From Thermodesulfobacteriota bacterium (GTDB taxonomy: Bacteria > Desulfobacterota_D > UBA1144 > Nemesobacterales > UBA2774), in NCBI GenBank assembly GCA_965223335.1, contig OZ244991.1:1-64000 (forward strand): a DNA stretch of 64,000 bases, read 5' to 3'. Below the pieces are notes generated by a model. That model saw nothing but the letters and a program-made list of their open reading frames with translations, was not told where the DNA came from and did not search any database. Shown here piece after piece: positions 46,504 to 57,355 of this stretch (position 1 is the stretch's first letter; each line of letters starts with the position of its first letter). The position numbers were made by a program, and so were the translations under genes.

Positions 46504-47718
46504 TTATACACTACTTGTAGTACTTTTCGGCGATTCCCTTGCAAACACAGCAAAAACTATAAACCCGATTAGGCTTATAGCCCCCATAGACAAAAACATA
46601 GCAACAAACCCATAGCTCTCTGCCACCACACCGTTTATGAACGAACCTAGCATCCCTCCCCCAGTAAACGCCGCACTGCATATTGCCACAGCCTTGCCCC
46701 TGTTCGCCTCGCCCGCAAAATCAATCACAAGCGCATATAAAGTCGGGTACATAAACCCGTGGCTAAGCCCAAAAATCACTCCCGCCAAGACTAGATCCCA
46801 AAGAGAATCCACAAACCCCAGCAGATCCATACTGACTGCAAAAAATATAAGCGAGGGTATGACTGTCCTCTTTTTCCCTATCGTATCGGGCACCCAGCCT
46901 ACAAACACCCTCTCTATTATCACTGCAGTCGAATATGCGACATAAAAATATGAGAACGACTCTATCCCTATCCGCCTCGCATATACCGGAATAAAAATCA
47001 GTGTGGTAATAAACCCGTATCCGGTAATAAGCAATGTTAATGCAGATACCCAGATACGGTTGTTAAGCAAAACCCTATAAAACCCACTGCCCTCACCCGT
47101 AGATGAATCAACCGTCTTTTGTTCGCTTACAAACAACGCAACTAAAAATGCCAGGAGGCTAAGTGCAAAATTGAACTGGAAAAATAGAGGGAATCCGTAT
47201 TTATCTATGAGGATCATGCCGATAAACGGTGCCAGTGCATGGTTTAATATCGTAAACGCGCCGTAAAGACCAATGGCCTGCACTCTCTTTGAAGCAGGGG
47301 CAAAATCAGCCACAAGCACCCCACCCGAAATAAAAGCCAACGAGAATGCTGCTCCCTGCAATAGCCTTAGCAGTGGATAGATGTAATCAAGCCTGGTTAT
47401 ATATGCGAACGGTAAAATCGTAAGCGAAAAAAGCACTCCGCCCACAACCAAGAACCACTTTTTTCCCCAACGATCGACCAAGTTCCCCACCGCGGGGGTT
47501 GTAAAAATAGTTGCGAACACTGCCGCACCCATAATAAACCCTATCGTGGACTCCGTTCCCCCGAGTTCCTCTATCCTTATGGGCAGTAGCAAAAATGAAT
47601 GAAACGTAAAGAAAAAAATAAATATAGACAGGTTGACCAGTATCAAATTGCGGTTTAAAAACGAAACCCCGTTTCCCTGAGCCAGACGATTTTGATCAAC
47701 CTGATTTCGATCAACCAT
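46504..47718 (-). CDS. MFS transporter
   Basis: About 12 TM segments; motif A 'GNLVDRWGKK' and 'GWVPDTIGKK'. Confidence 0.9.
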   Translation of the reverse strand: MVDRNQVDQNRLAQGNGVSFLNRNLILVNLSIFIFFFTFHSFLLLPIRIEELGGTESTIGFIMGAAVFATIFTTPAVGNLVDRWGKKWFLVVGGVLFSLTILPFAYITRLDYIYPLLRLLQGAAFSLAFISGGVLVADFAPASKRVQAIGLYGAFTILNHALAPFIGMILIDKYGFPLFFQFNFALSLLAFLVALFVSEQKTVDSSTGEGSGFYRVLLNNRIWVSALTLLITGYGFITTLIFIPVYARRIGIESFSYFYVAYSTAVIIERVFVGWVPDTIGKKRTVIPSLIFFAVSMDLLGFVDSLWDLVLAGVIFGLSHGFMYPTLYALVIDFAGEANRGKAVAICSAAFTGGGMLGSFINGVVAESYGFVAMFLSMGAISLIGFIVFAVFARESPKSTTSSV

Positions 47719-47867
47719 AGATTAATAATCTCCGAAAACAACGCTATACAGTAATTAGTCCAAGTCAGTATGCAAGTCTGTTAAGCTCGGCTAAAAGCCC
47801 TCATGCAATGCAACAAAATAAAAAGGCCTCAGGTTATAATTAATTTGAGGGGGTCGTTATAACTCGT

Positions 47868-48365
47868 ATGATAAAAAATTTGCTTATTTTAGTATTAACA
47901 GCACTGCTCACAGTCTCAAGCTATTTACTATACGATACCAAGAAGATACAGATTTTGATACACGATGAGGATATTCAACATAGTTCACTTGAAACATCTG
48001 ATAGCTACGATCAATCCCCATATAATGATTCGACACCCGCTCCTCCTAACGTGGATTTGAGCACTCCTCGGAACAAGCAGTTAGCAGATCCGACATTGAT
48101 GCTCTCAGAAGGTTTTGTACCCGAGATTCACACAGACCCTGTTATAGCTCTCAGCATAGGACCCGATCACCAGATCATGTCTGGCTACAAAGTGATAGGG
48201 CCAAAAAAGTTCGTCATATTATCTGAAAACAACAAACCGGTGGTTAAGATTGATCTACAGTCGGGCAGTGTAGAGGTAGATGAAAACTACGATATAGACG
48301 ATGCCTCCAGAGAGTTTTGGAGATCGGTTGCCAAGAAATATCCCGAAGTGTGTTTTGTTGAATAG
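47868..48365 (+). CDS. hypothetical membrane-anchored/exported protein
   Basis: GAGGGG SD; N-terminal hydrophobic helix, S/P-rich linker, small C-terminal domain. Confidence 0.7.
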   Translation: MIKNLLILVLTALLTVSSYLLYDTKKIQILIHDEDIQHSSLETSDSYDQSPYNDSTPAPPNVDLSTPRNKQLADPTLMLSEGFVPEIHTDPVIALSIGPDHQIMSGYKVIGPKKFVILSENNKPVVKIDLQSGSVEVDENYDIDDASREFWRSVAKKYPEVCFVE

Positions 48366-48387
48366 AACGGTCCGTGCTCGAGAACAC

Positions 48388-49671
48388 TTAGCTCTTGTAT
48401 ACCACTTTGCCGTTTACAAGAGTGTAAAGGACCCTACCCTTTAATTCCCATCCATGAAACGGTGTGTTTTTACCCTTTGAGTAGAATTCTTCTTTGTCGA
48501 TTACTACCTTGGCTTTGGGGTCAAAGATCACAACATCCCCCGGCACTCCCTCTTTCAACGTCCCCCTACCCAGGTTGACTATCTCGGAAGGTATAGAGGT
48601 CAACTTCTCTATCATTGTGTTTAGATCCAACACGCCGTCGTCAACGAGTTTAAGAGAGAGCTGCAACGCGGTCTCAAGGCCCACTATGCCAAACGGTGCT
48701 TTATCGAACTCAACATTTTTTTCGTCGCGGCTATGGGGAGCATGGTCCGTTGCAATTACATCGATCGTCCCGTCCTTAAGCCCCTTTCTTATTTCCTTGA
48801 GATCCTTTTTCGATCTAAGCGGCGGGTTCATCTTCGAGTTTGTATCGTAATCCAATAGTGTTTCATCAGTAAGCATAAAGTGGTGTGGCGTGGCCTCGGC
48901 AGTTACCCTAACACCACGTTTCTTGGCGTCTCTGATAAGCCTTACCGAACCTGCAGTAGAGACATGACAGATATGTAGACGCGAGCCAGTCAGTTCAGCG
49001 AGCATTATATCCCGGGACACCATCACATCCTCGGACTCAGCCGGAATCCCTCCCAGTCCGAGTAGTGTGGACGTTACACCCTCGTTCATGACCCCGCCTG
49101 CCGAGAGGTTATTGTCTTCGGCATGCGATATCACAGGTATATCGAATGCCTTCACGTACTCCATGGCATGGCGCATGACCTTGGAGTTCATCACCGGCAT
49201 CCCGTCGTCGGAGATCCCCACACACCCGGCCTCGTACATCTCGCCGATCTGTGCCAATGTCTCGCCCTTCTCGCCCTTTGTAATTGCACCAATAGGGAAT
49301 ACGTTTACCACTCCCTCTGTGCGGGCTTTAAACAGAATAAACTCAGTTACCGATGCGTTATCGTTAATCGGGTTGGTATTGGGCATACACACTATAGAGG
49401 TAAATCCCCCCGCTGCCGCAGAGAGTGTGCCTGTGTGTATAGTCTCTTTATGCTCGTACCCGGGCTCTCTTAGGTGCACATGAATGTCCACAAAACCCGG
49501 ACACACTATCTTGCCTTTTGCGTCAATCACCTTAGTTTTCTTAGTGATCTTGGGCTTGGCTGTTTTCGTGTAGAGTTTTTTAATAACCCCTTTTTCTAAA
49601 AGAAGGTCCCCTACCTTATTTATTCCTTGAGACGGGTCTATAATACGCCCGCCTTTAATCAGCACGCTCAT
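48388..49671 (-). CDS. pyrC: dihydroorotase
   Basis: '[10 protein letters not shown]', 'MPNT', 'ATDHAPH', 'KNTPF'. Confidence 0.95.
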   Translation of the reverse strand: MSVLIKGGRIIDPSQGINKVGDLLLEKGVIKKLYTKTAKPKITKKTKVIDAKGKIVCPGFVDIHVHLREPGYEHKETIHTGTLSAAAGGFTSIVCMPNTNPINDNASVTEFILFKARTEGVVNVFPIGAITKGEKGETLAQIGEMYEAGCVGISDDGMPVMNSKVMRHAMEYVKAFDIPVISHAEDNNLSAGGVMNEGVTSTLLGLGGIPAESEDVMVSRDIMLAELTGSRLHICHVSTAGSVRLIRDAKKRGVRVTAEATPHHFMLTDETLLDYDTNSKMNPPLRSKKDLKEIRKGLKDGTIDVIATDHAPHSRDEKNVEFDKAPFGIVGLETALQLSLKLVDDGVLDLNTMIEKLTSIPSEIVNLGRGTLKEGVPGDVVIFDPKAKVVIDKEEFYSKGKNTPFHGWELKGRVLYTLVNGKVVYKS

Positions 49672-50597
49672 ATCTCTTCACCGCCCGACACTACCAGGTA
49701 AAGCATAGCCATCCTCACTGCAATCCCGTTAGATACCTGATCTAAGATAACAGAATCGGGGCTGTCGGCAATATCCGACGAGAGCTCGACCCCGCGGTTT
49801 ATGGGCCCGGGGTGAAGCACAGTCACATCCTTTTTGGCCAGCTTGAGTTTGTCTTTGGATAAGCCGTAGAACCTGGAATACTCCCTTAGTGACGGAAAGT
49901 ACTCCGAGTCCTGCCTCTCTTGTTGTATACGCAGCATTATCACCACGTCCACATCCCTGATCGCCTCCCACATATCGTAGAACACCCCGACCCCGAGCTC
50001 ACTTAGGTCCTGTGGTATTAGTGTGGGGGGGCCAACAACCCGGACCTTTGCGCCTAGCTTAGTAAACCCCCATATATTGGACCTGGCTACTCTGCTGTGC
50101 AGCAGATCGCCGACTATCAATACACTAAGCCCTTTGATCCGCCCCTTTAGCTCCCTGATTGTAAACATATCCAAGAGTGCTTGGCTCGGGTGTTCGTGTG
50201 AACCGTCACCGGCATTGATAACTGAAGAATCGAGCTCCCTTGCCAAGAGCCAGGGGGCGCCCGACATCGAGTGGCGGACCACAATTACAGTTGCACCCAT
50301 TGCCTCGAGGTTCCTCGATGTATCGAGCAGTGTCTCGCCCTTCACCACACTGCTCTGTGAAGATGTGAAGTTGAGTACATCTGCACTTAATCTTTTTTCT
50401 GCTATTTCAAATGAAGAGCGGGTCCTGGTACTGGGTTCAAAGAAAAGGTTTACAACCGTAACACCTCTAAGTGCCGGCACCTTTTTAATATCCCTACTCG
50501 TCACCTCTTTCATGGATTCTGCGGTGTCGAGTATATGAGTTATCTCGCTCGCAGATAACTCCTCCAAACCCAATATGTGTTTCCGACTAAATGTCAT
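49668..50597 (-). CDS. pyrB: aspartate carbamoyltransferase catalytic subunit
   Basis: 'FFEPSTRTR', 'HPSQALLD', 'HPGP'. Confidence 0.97.
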   Translation of the reverse strand: MTFSRKHILGLEELSASEITHILDTAESMKEVTSRDIKKVPALRGVTVVNLFFEPSTRTRSSFEIAEKRLSADVLNFTSSQSSVVKGETLLDTSRNLEAMGATVIVVRHSMSGAPWLLARELDSSVINAGDGSHEHPSQALLDMFTIRELKGRIKGLSVLIVGDLLHSRVARSNIWGFTKLGAKVRVVGPPTLIPQDLSELGVGVFYDMWEAIRDVDVVIMLRIQQERQDSEYFPSLREYSRFYGLSKDKLKLAKKDVTVLHPGPINRGVELSSDIADSPDSVILDQVSNGIAVRMAMLYLVVSGGEEI

Positions 50598-50600
50598 ATC

Positions 50601-51134
50601 CTATTTTGATTGTACAATTACTTCGTCAGATCCATCCACCTCTTTAAGCCTTACCACCACTTGCTCCGAGCTATTGGTTTTAACCTCAAGCCCTACATAA
50701 TCAGGCTGTATGGGAAGCTCTCGATGCCCCCTGTCTATAAACGCTACAAGCTCAATGCGAGTGGGACGACCGTAATCCATTATTGCCTCTATCGCAGCCC
50801 TGGTTGTCCTGCCAGTGTAAATCACATCGTCTACAAGCACAACGTTTCTTTGCTCGACCTGAAACGAAATATCCGACTTCTTAACCTCGGGCCACTCCGT
50901 ATTTTTCCTGAGATCATCTCTATACAGTGCAATATCCAAAACACCGATATCAGGACGTACCTTTTCTAATTTTTCTATGTTGTCGGCTATTCTTTCGGCT
51001 ATATGAACTCCCCGTGTCCTAACCCCAATGATCCCCAGTTCTTTGGCTCCCCTATTCCTCTCGATAATCTCGGATGCGATCCGTGAAATCGTTTCTTTGA
51101 CACTACCGCTATCCATCAGAACTTTAATCGTCAT
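50601..51134 (-). CDS. pyrR: PyrR (pyr regulator / uracil phosphoribosyltransferase)
   Basis: 'TRG', 'LYRDD', PRPP loop 'VDDVIYTGRT', 'DRGHRELPI'. Confidence 0.93.
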   Translation of the reverse strand: MTIKVLMDSGSVKETISRIASEIIERNRGAKELGIIGVRTRGVHIAERIADNIEKLEKVRPDIGVLDIALYRDDLRKNTEWPEVKKSDISFQVEQRNVVLVDDVIYTGRTTRAAIEAIMDYGRPTRIELVAFIDRGHRELPIQPDYVGLEVKTNSSEQVVVRLKEVDGSDEVIVQSK

Positions 51135-51135
51135 A

Positions 51136-51480
51136 TTACCTGTATACTGTCTTTAGTTCTCCCTCGCACTCAGTCTCAAAAGTCATATCTTTCGTGTATC
51201 GGTTAAAGAGTGTGAATGAGTCGTCATAAGATATCCAGATCACAACTTTGTCCTTGGTCGTTTCCACTGTGTACTCATACGCATCCCGGGGTATCCCGAG
51301 CTCCTCAAACTTTTCCGGTATCCGGATATTTACCTGCTGCGAACCATACTTATGGTATCCCTCGGCATTTTCCTTGCATATTGCACGTAGCCCTAAAACC
51401 CCTTTATACATAACCGGCACGATCTCTATACCCAGATAGATAACTAAACCGATAATTGCAATCCATAGTACTGTCTTCAT
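51136..51480 (-). CDS. DUF4845-like small membrane-anchored protein
   Basis: N-terminal TM ending 'IVPVMY'; 114 aa; lies downstream of lepB as DUF4845 genes usually do. Confidence 0.55.
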   Translation of the reverse strand: MKTVLWIAIIGLVIYLGIEIVPVMYKGVLGLRAICKENAEGYHKYGSQQVNIRIPEKFEELGIPRDAYEYTVETTKDKVVIWISYDDSFTLFNRYTKDMTFETECEGELKTVYR

Positions 51481-51537
51481 TCCATATGACCTCCTGCAAA
51501 ATTGACACTAATTAACTACTATATTCTACACCTCATT

Positions 51538-52473
51538 TCAGTCTATATCCGACAGTATTCTCTTCCATCTTACTTTGCTTGCCCAGTCCCGGTTATCAAA
51601 ATCCCACGACCAGTGTATAAGAAAAGCTTTCCCTGCGATGTTTGAAATCGGCACAAAACCCCAGAACCTCGAGTCCTGGCTGTTATCACGGTTATCCCCC
51701 ATCACAAACACGTGGCCCTCGGGCACCTCGTTCACAGGAAGGTAGCGTCCTTGGGTAGTGTTCTCCTTGCCCTTTCTAAAAATAGCTCTGTGCGTTCCAG
51801 CCGGAAGCGTTTCGTCATACTCATCAAACTCATCCCCGTCCCTTTCGTCCGTATACGAGCCTACATATTCAACCGGCACTACCTGACCGTTTATTACGAG
51901 GTCCCTGCCGCTAAGCTCGACACTGTCACCCGGTAATCCAACCACCCTCTTTATGTAATATATACCCTTTTTTGAAGGGTCCCCTTCTGTATTGGGATAT
52001 GTAAACACTACAACATCTCCGCGTTCTATCTCCTCGAGGGGCAGAATCTCGATCCCTGTAAACGGGATCTTTGTTCCGTAAGCAAACTTGTTTACCAACA
52101 GATGGTCACCCACAAGTAATGTGGGTATCATAGAACCCGAGGGGATCTTAAAGGGCTGTACAATGAAGGTTCGGACCAAGAGTGCCAGGCCCACAGCCCA
52201 TAAAAGCGCTTCTACATTCTGGCGGAGTTTAGATTTACCAAACTTTGCAAGGTGCTCGTTGTATACCGACTCCAGTTCATCCGCTTTTTTTTCAAGCGCA
52301 CCGGTGGCATTCCCCGAGAGCTCATTTTCGACTCCATTTATTTTCTGGCGAATTAACTCCGCAACCTCCGGGTTTAGCTTATCGGAGTTCTTCAGGAGTG
52401 AACGCTTAACAATGGAAACTAAATGGCCGGCCTTTTTTTTGAGTTTGGACTCTTTGGACCACATTCCGAGCAT
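51538..52473 (-). CDS. lepB: signal peptidase I
   Basis: 'IPSGSMIPTLLVGD', 'YIKRVVGLPGD', 'MGDNRDNSQDSRFWG'. Confidence 0.96.
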   Translation of the reverse strand: MLGMWSKESKLKKKAGHLVSIVKRSLLKNSDKLNPEVAELIRQKINGVENELSGNATGALEKKADELESVYNEHLAKFGKSKLRQNVEALLWAVGLALLVRTFIVQPFKIPSGSMIPTLLVGDHLLVNKFAYGTKIPFTGIEILPLEEIERGDVVVFTYPNTEGDPSKKGIYYIKRVVGLPGDSVELSGRDLVINGQVVPVEYVGSYTDERDGDEFDEYDETLPAGTHRAIFRKGKENTTQGRYLPVNEVPEGHVFVMGDNRDNSQDSRFWGFVPISNIAGKAFLIHWSWDFDNRDWASKVRWKRILSDID

Positions 52474-52585
52474 AGTAGAGAGTTGATTATATATGGTGAA
52501 CTAATTACTTTCAATATTTAACGAAGATCGGATAATCAAAAATAGAGATCAGTCAATGCACCAAATATTAAGATCCCCGTTTTTA

Positions 52586-54730
52586 CTAAATTCTTTCCAC
52601 CGAAGACACACCTTTTACCTTCTTTAGTGCCGCCATAAGGTTCTCGAGTTGAGCCAAATCCGACACCACTACATCAAACGTTCCCACAGCCGTGTCCACA
52701 TCGGTCGAGTGCATCTCGGCTTTAGAGATATTTACCTCGGTGGATGAAAAAGAGTCTGTAATCGTAGACAAAATCCCAGGGCGATCTGTGCACCTAATAA
52801 GTATCTTAGCAGGTCTCGGCCCCTTAAACTCTCTATCCCACTCAACATCAATCCTCCTCTCTGGGTCTACTTGCAGCAGGTGCGAACACCCGTCTTTATG
52901 TATGGTAATTCCCTTACCCCTTGTGATAAACCCCTTTATCTGCTCCCCAGGGAGCGGAGAGCAACAGTTCCCAAATCTAATCATCACATCGTCATAACCC
53001 CTAACCAATACACCCCCTTCGCTCGAGCGTGTGATGGTTTTAATAATTTTTTCGATCCGCGATTCTTTTTCGGGCTCGGCCTCGATCTTTTCCTTGGGCA
53101 GAATGAGTTTTAGGAGTTCAGTGGCCGATATTTTTCCGAAACCGACTGCTTGATAGAACTCATCAGCGTTTTTAAAATTGAGCTCTTTTATATACGAGTC
53201 GAGTTTGCCTTTTTTAAGCATAGACGCAAAATCAAGCCCGTGCTGTTTGAACCTTCTCTCGGCAATGGATTTGCCCATCGATTCCGACTGTGTTCTCTCT
53301 TCATTGCGTATCCACGCACGGATCTTGGTCTTTGCCCTAGATGTCACCACGAAATCTAGCCAGTCTCTGTTGGGATGCTGATCGTTTGAGGTTGCGATCT
53401 CTATGGTGTCTCCTGTAACGAGCTTATGGTCCAATGACACTAATTTACTGTTAACCATCGCTCTGGTGCATCTGTCGCCGACCTCGGTGTGGATTGCATA
53501 TGCAAAATCCACGGGTGTGGCTCCCGTGGGCAGCTCCACCAGGTCGCCCTGTGGTGTAAACACATAGACCCGGTCGGATATCAACTCCCCTTTTATAGCC
53601 TCCAGGTATTCCGTGGGGTCTTGAATATCCTTCCACTCAAGGAGCTGTCTTAGTGTGGAGTACATCTCCTGCTGCCGCTCTGCGTCGGTTAGATCCTCTT
53701 TATATTTCCAATGCGCAGCCACCCCGTATTCTGCAATCTCATGCATCTTACGGGTCCTTATCTGAATCTCCATCCTTTGCCCGAACGGCCCGATCACAGT
53801 TGTGTGCAGCGATTGGTACCCGTTGCCTTTGGGCAGTGCAATGTAATCCTTAAAACGCCCCGGTACAGGTTTCCAAACGGAATGCACCGCACCCAGCGCC
53901 TCGTAACACTGACGAAGAGAGTCTGTAATAACCCTGTATGCAACTACGTCGTATACCTTGTCGAACTCGATATTCTGTTTAAGCATCTTCCTGTGTATAC
54001 CGTATATGTGTTTGAACCGACCGGTTACATCAGCTTCTATATTGAACTCTTTCAGCTTGTCTTTTAAGATCGTGTTAACATCGCTTAGATGGCTTTGCCA
54101 CTCCTTCTTATTATCGGCTATAAGCCCTGAAATTGTGTTGTAAGCCTCGGGGTTTATATACTTAAACGACAGGTCTTCGAGATCGGTGGTCACCCAATAG
54201 ATCCCAAGCCTGTGCGAGAGCGGGGCATATATATCAAATGTCTCTACTGCTATCCTTTTTTGCCTGTCCTCTGAGAGGTACTCTAGGGTACGCATATTAT
54301 GAAGCCTATCGGCAAGCTTGATCAATACGACTCTAATGTCCTTTGCAGTGGCCAGGATAAGTTTTCTGAACCCCTCGGCCTGGCGCTCAAGCTTAGAGCC
54401 CATCGGCAGGCGGCTAATCTTTGTAACACCGTCAACTAAAAAAGTAATTTCTTCACCAAATAGCTCTTGAAGCTCCTCAGGTGTGGCAAGCGTGTCCTCG
54501 AGTGTGTCGTGCAAAAGCCCCGTAATAATGGACGAGAGATCAAGCTTCATATCAGCCAGGATCGCACTCACCTCAAGCGGGTGGCTAAGATAAGGCTCTC
54601 CCGAACTCCGCTTCTGGCCGGCATGCACCTTGGCCGAATAGACATATGCTTTATTGATGAGCTCAATGTCAGACTCGGTCATGAACATGTAAACATTAGT
54701 TCTTTCTATTATGTCGTTAAGCCTAATCAT
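52586..54730 (-). CDS. rel: bifunctional (p)ppGpp synthetase/hydrolase Rel/SpoT
   Basis: HD motif 'LHDTLED', 'RFKD', 'YQSLHT', 'EIQIRT'; TGS and ACT domains. Confidence 0.95.
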   Translation of the reverse strand: MIRLNDIIERTNVYMFMTESDIELINKAYVYSAKVHAGQKRSSGEPYLSHPLEVSAILADMKLDLSSIITGLLHDTLEDTLATPEELQELFGEEITFLVDGVTKISRLPMGSKLERQAEGFRKLILATAKDIRVVLIKLADRLHNMRTLEYLSEDRQKRIAVETFDIYAPLSHRLGIYWVTTDLEDLSFKYINPEAYNTISGLIADNKKEWQSHLSDVNTILKDKLKEFNIEADVTGRFKHIYGIHRKMLKQNIEFDKVYDVVAYRVITDSLRQCYEALGAVHSVWKPVPGRFKDYIALPKGNGYQSLHTTVIGPFGQRMEIQIRTRKMHEIAEYGVAAHWKYKEDLTDAERQQEMYSTLRQLLEWKDIQDPTEYLEAIKGELISDRVYVFTPQGDLVELPTGATPVDFAYAIHTEVGDRCTRAMVNSKLVSLDHKLVTGDTIEIATSNDQHPNRDWLDFVVTSRAKTKIRAWIRNEERTQSESMGKSIAERRFKQHGLDFASMLKKGKLDSYIKELNFKNADEFYQAVGFGKISATELLKLILPKEKIEAEPEKESRIEKIIKTITRSSEGGVLVRGYDDVMIRFGNCCSPLPGEQIKGFITRGKGITIHKDGCSHLLQVDPERRIDVEWDREFKGPRPAKILIRCTDRPGILSTITDSFSSTEVNISKAEMHSTDVDTAVGTFDVVVSDLAQLENLMAALKKVKGVSSVERI

Positions 54731-55352
54731 TGTCTTTCTCTACCAAATGCTCGCACGCAACGGCTATGACACGGCTTGTCCTACACCTATTTGCTCGGAT
54801 AATGGATTCCAGATTGACTAATGCGCTATCAATATCCGTATTAGTAATAATATAATCATACCGTTCCATATCTTCCAACTCTGACTTAGCAACTTTAAGT
54901 CTTGCATCTATCTCGTCTATTTCATTGCTCATTCTCCTTATCAACCGCTTCTTTAGTTCCTCGATCGAAGGTGGGACAACAAATATGAGCACAGCATCGT
55001 TATATTCCCTGTGTATAGCTCTTGCGCCCTGTACATCCAAATCCAAAAGCACATCCACACCGCTTGCAATTGGGCTATCAATCTCGCTCTTGGGCGTCCC
55101 GTAACGGTTACCGTGCACAATAGCCCACTCCGCAAACACACCTTGTGTGACCATCTCATCAAACTCGGTGTCCGATACAAATCTGTAATCCTGCCCGTCT
55201 ACTTCTCCGTTTCTAGGGTGTCTTGTGGTGCACGACACCGCAAAGCTAATCCGATCTAGCTTTCCAAGCAGTCCCTTCGCAAGCGTGGTTTTTCCACTAC
55301 CCGACGGGCCCGATACGATATACAACATTCCCTCTTGCGTTTCTTTGTGCAT
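54723..55352 (-). CDS. gmk: guanylate kinase
   Basis: 'GPSGSGKTT', 'TTRHPR.GEVDG.DY', 'DVQGA'. Confidence 0.96.
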   Translation of the reverse strand: MHKETQEGMLYIVSGPSGSGKTTLAKGLLGKLDRISFAVSCTTRHPRNGEVDGQDYRFVSDTEFDEMVTQGVFAEWAIVHGNRYGTPKSEIDSPIASGVDVLLDLDVQGARAIHREYNDAVLIFVVPPSIEELKKRLIRRMSNEIDEIDARLKVAKSELEDMERYDYIITNTDIDSALVNLESIIRANRCRTSRVIAVACEHLVEKDND

Positions 55353-55429
55353 ATTCTATATATATTAGCAAACTAACTTATCTATAAGTTTAGGATAGTT
55401 AGCAGGATTTTTCAATCATTCCACACGCT

Positions 55430-56524
55430 TTATTCCCTATCCTCCCGCCTCTTCCCGGCTACCCTATCCACAACTGCTTTTAAATCTTGTGAATTCTCTT
55501 TATTTAAAACAAGTAAGCCGTTTTCCGTATCCACGATCACAAGCCCCCTAACACCCAGCACCGCTACGGGCTTTCGGGACGAGATTACCAGGTTAGACTC
55601 GGTCCCATATAGCTCAACATTACCCCTTACAATATCCTCGCCCCCGTCTTGCCTCAAATAGTTGTCCAAAGCGTCCCAACTCCCCAGGTCACTCCACCCA
55701 AACTCCACAGGGATAACTACAGTGTTCTTAGATTTCTCTAAGATCAATACATCTATCGGTCCACTCTGCACCAAGTCATAGAACTGTTTTGCCCCCTCGT
55801 TCTCTAGATCCGTCATGATCTTCTTGCTTAGAGACTCCAATTCTCTATACCATTCGGGTAGCAGGCTCTTGAACTCGGCAAGTATACTCGAGGCCTGCCA
55901 GACAAATATACCGCTATTCCAATAGTAATTACCCTCTCTCAAATACTCCCGAGCGCTATCTATCCCGGGCTTCTCAGTGAATCTCTCGACCATATGAACC
56001 GCTTTTGATCCCGATTCCAACAACTTCTTTGGCAGGGCCTTAATATACCCATATCCAGTCTCAGGTGATGTGGGAGTGATTCCGAGTGTAACTAAGGGTT
56101 TGTGTCCCTTTGCTATTTTCTGCGCAGCCACATCCGCCGCAAATCCAAGCACCTCCCTAAAACGCTTTTCGTCCTTTATAGCGTGATCGGCAGGCAACAC
56201 TACTACGACGGCGTCCTTATCCCTGGCCTCAATAAATAGCGTCCCGTAAGCTATACAAGGTGCGGTGTTCTTGCCTTGGGGCTCTATAATGATATTAGTT
56301 TCGGGGACGTCCGGCAGCTCTGTTCTTGTTCTATCGGCATACTGGGCTGTGGTTATAACAATGATCCGCTCACGCGGTATCAACGGCACAATACGGTCGT
56401 AAGTGCACCGTATCATAGACCTTTCATCTATGAGCGGGAGGAACTGTTTCGGCCGTTCAGTACTGCTAAGCGGCCAAAAACGCTTGCCCTCTCCCCCGGC
56501 CATGATCAATGCATACAATTTCAT
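55430..56524 (-). CDS. manC: mannose-1-phosphate guanylyltransferase
   Basis: 'MAGGEGKRFWPLS...PKQF', 'EP.GKNTAP', 'FTEKP', 'WSDLGSW'. Confidence 0.9.
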   Translation of the reverse strand: MKLYALIMAGGEGKRFWPLSSTERPKQFLPLIDERSMIRCTYDRIVPLIPRERIIVITTAQYADRTRTELPDVPETNIIIEPQGKNTAPCIAYGTLFIEARDKDAVVVVLPADHAIKDEKRFREVLGFAADVAAQKIAKGHKPLVTLGITPTSPETGYGYIKALPKKLLESGSKAVHMVERFTEKPGIDSAREYLREGNYYWNSGIFVWQASSILAEFKSLLPEWYRELESLSKKIMTDLENEGAKQFYDLVQSGPIDVLILEKSKNTVVIPVEFGWSDLGSWDALDNYLRQDGGEDIVRGNVELYGTESNLVISSRKPVAVLGVRGLVIVDTENGLLVLNKENSQDLKAVVDRVAGKRREDRE

Positions 56525-56570
56525 GCATTAATACTAATCGCAAGCGCTTTTTTTCTCAAATACACAGGTG

Positions 56571-56600
56571 TTGCAATGGAGATGTTTTAAGCAATATAAT
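56571..56600 (+). promoter_or_regulatory. putative sigma70 promoter
   Basis: TTGCAA-18 nt-TATAAT, 18 nt upstream of ATG 56619. Confidence 0.5.
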
Positions 56601-56618
56601 TCTTGTAGGAAACTCAAA

Positions 56619-57350
56619 ATGAACAACTCCAACATCAGATACACACGAAACACACTTTGCCTGCTTGCACTTAGCCTTTTATTACTTGCCCCTCTCGCCT
56701 CCTTGGTTCATTCAGAAGAAATATACACCTGGGAGGACGATGAAGGTGTGCTTCATATGACCAACGACCCCTCGACGATCCCTCCGGATAAAAGAAAGAC
56801 AGCCCGTGTTTCAAAATCAGTTAAACAAAAAAACAAAGGAATTACACAACAAATCTATCAGGATGCATTTAAGAACAAGGATTATATACTGGCAGGAGTT
56901 ATGCTTGTTATCGCTATAGTTTTAGCACGCACAGCTATGCGACGAATAGACCTCAGAAGAACCGCAAAACACAAACAGTCACTTGCAGATTTATTAGAGG
57001 ACTCTGGTATTGAAAGCATGAGCCCCGAAGAATTTAAGTCCTATACTATAGACCTTCTAAAGAAAAGGGGATTCACAACAGCTTTACCCTTGGAATTAAG
57101 CCCCATAGTTGACATCACAGTCTCAAAAGGGGATTCGGACACCGCTGTAAGTATAATTCACCAATCAAATGAGGTATCTAAAATCGCTGTCAACGACATC
57201 GAGCGCGACAAACAAAAATTTAGCTGCGAAAACGCAATGGTTATAACCAACTCTACATTCTCCCACGACGCAAAAGAACTAGCACAGGTCATGGGTACAA
57301 CACTTGTGGATAAGTATGAATTAGCAAAATGGATATCTGACAATCAATAA
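56619..57350 (+). CDS. DUF4124 + TM + Mrr-like restriction-endonuclease-fold protein
   Basis: Signal peptide; 'IYTWEDDEGVLHMTNDP' (DUF4124); TM helix; 'MSPEEF...LL...GF ... VITNSTFSHDAKELA....TLVD..EL' (Mrr_cat). Confidence 0.75.
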   Translation: MNNSNIRYTRNTLCLLALSLLLLAPLASLVHSEEIYTWEDDEGVLHMTNDPSTIPPDKRKTARVSKSVKQKNKGITQQIYQDAFKNKDYILAGVMLVIAIVLARTAMRRIDLRRTAKHKQSLADLLEDSGIESMSPEEFKSYTIDLLKKRGFTTALPLELSPIVDITVSKGDSDTAVSIIHQSNEVSKIAVNDIERDKQKFSCENAMVITNSTFSHDAKELAQVMGTTLVDKYELAKWISDNQ

Positions 57351-57355
57351 ACGAG

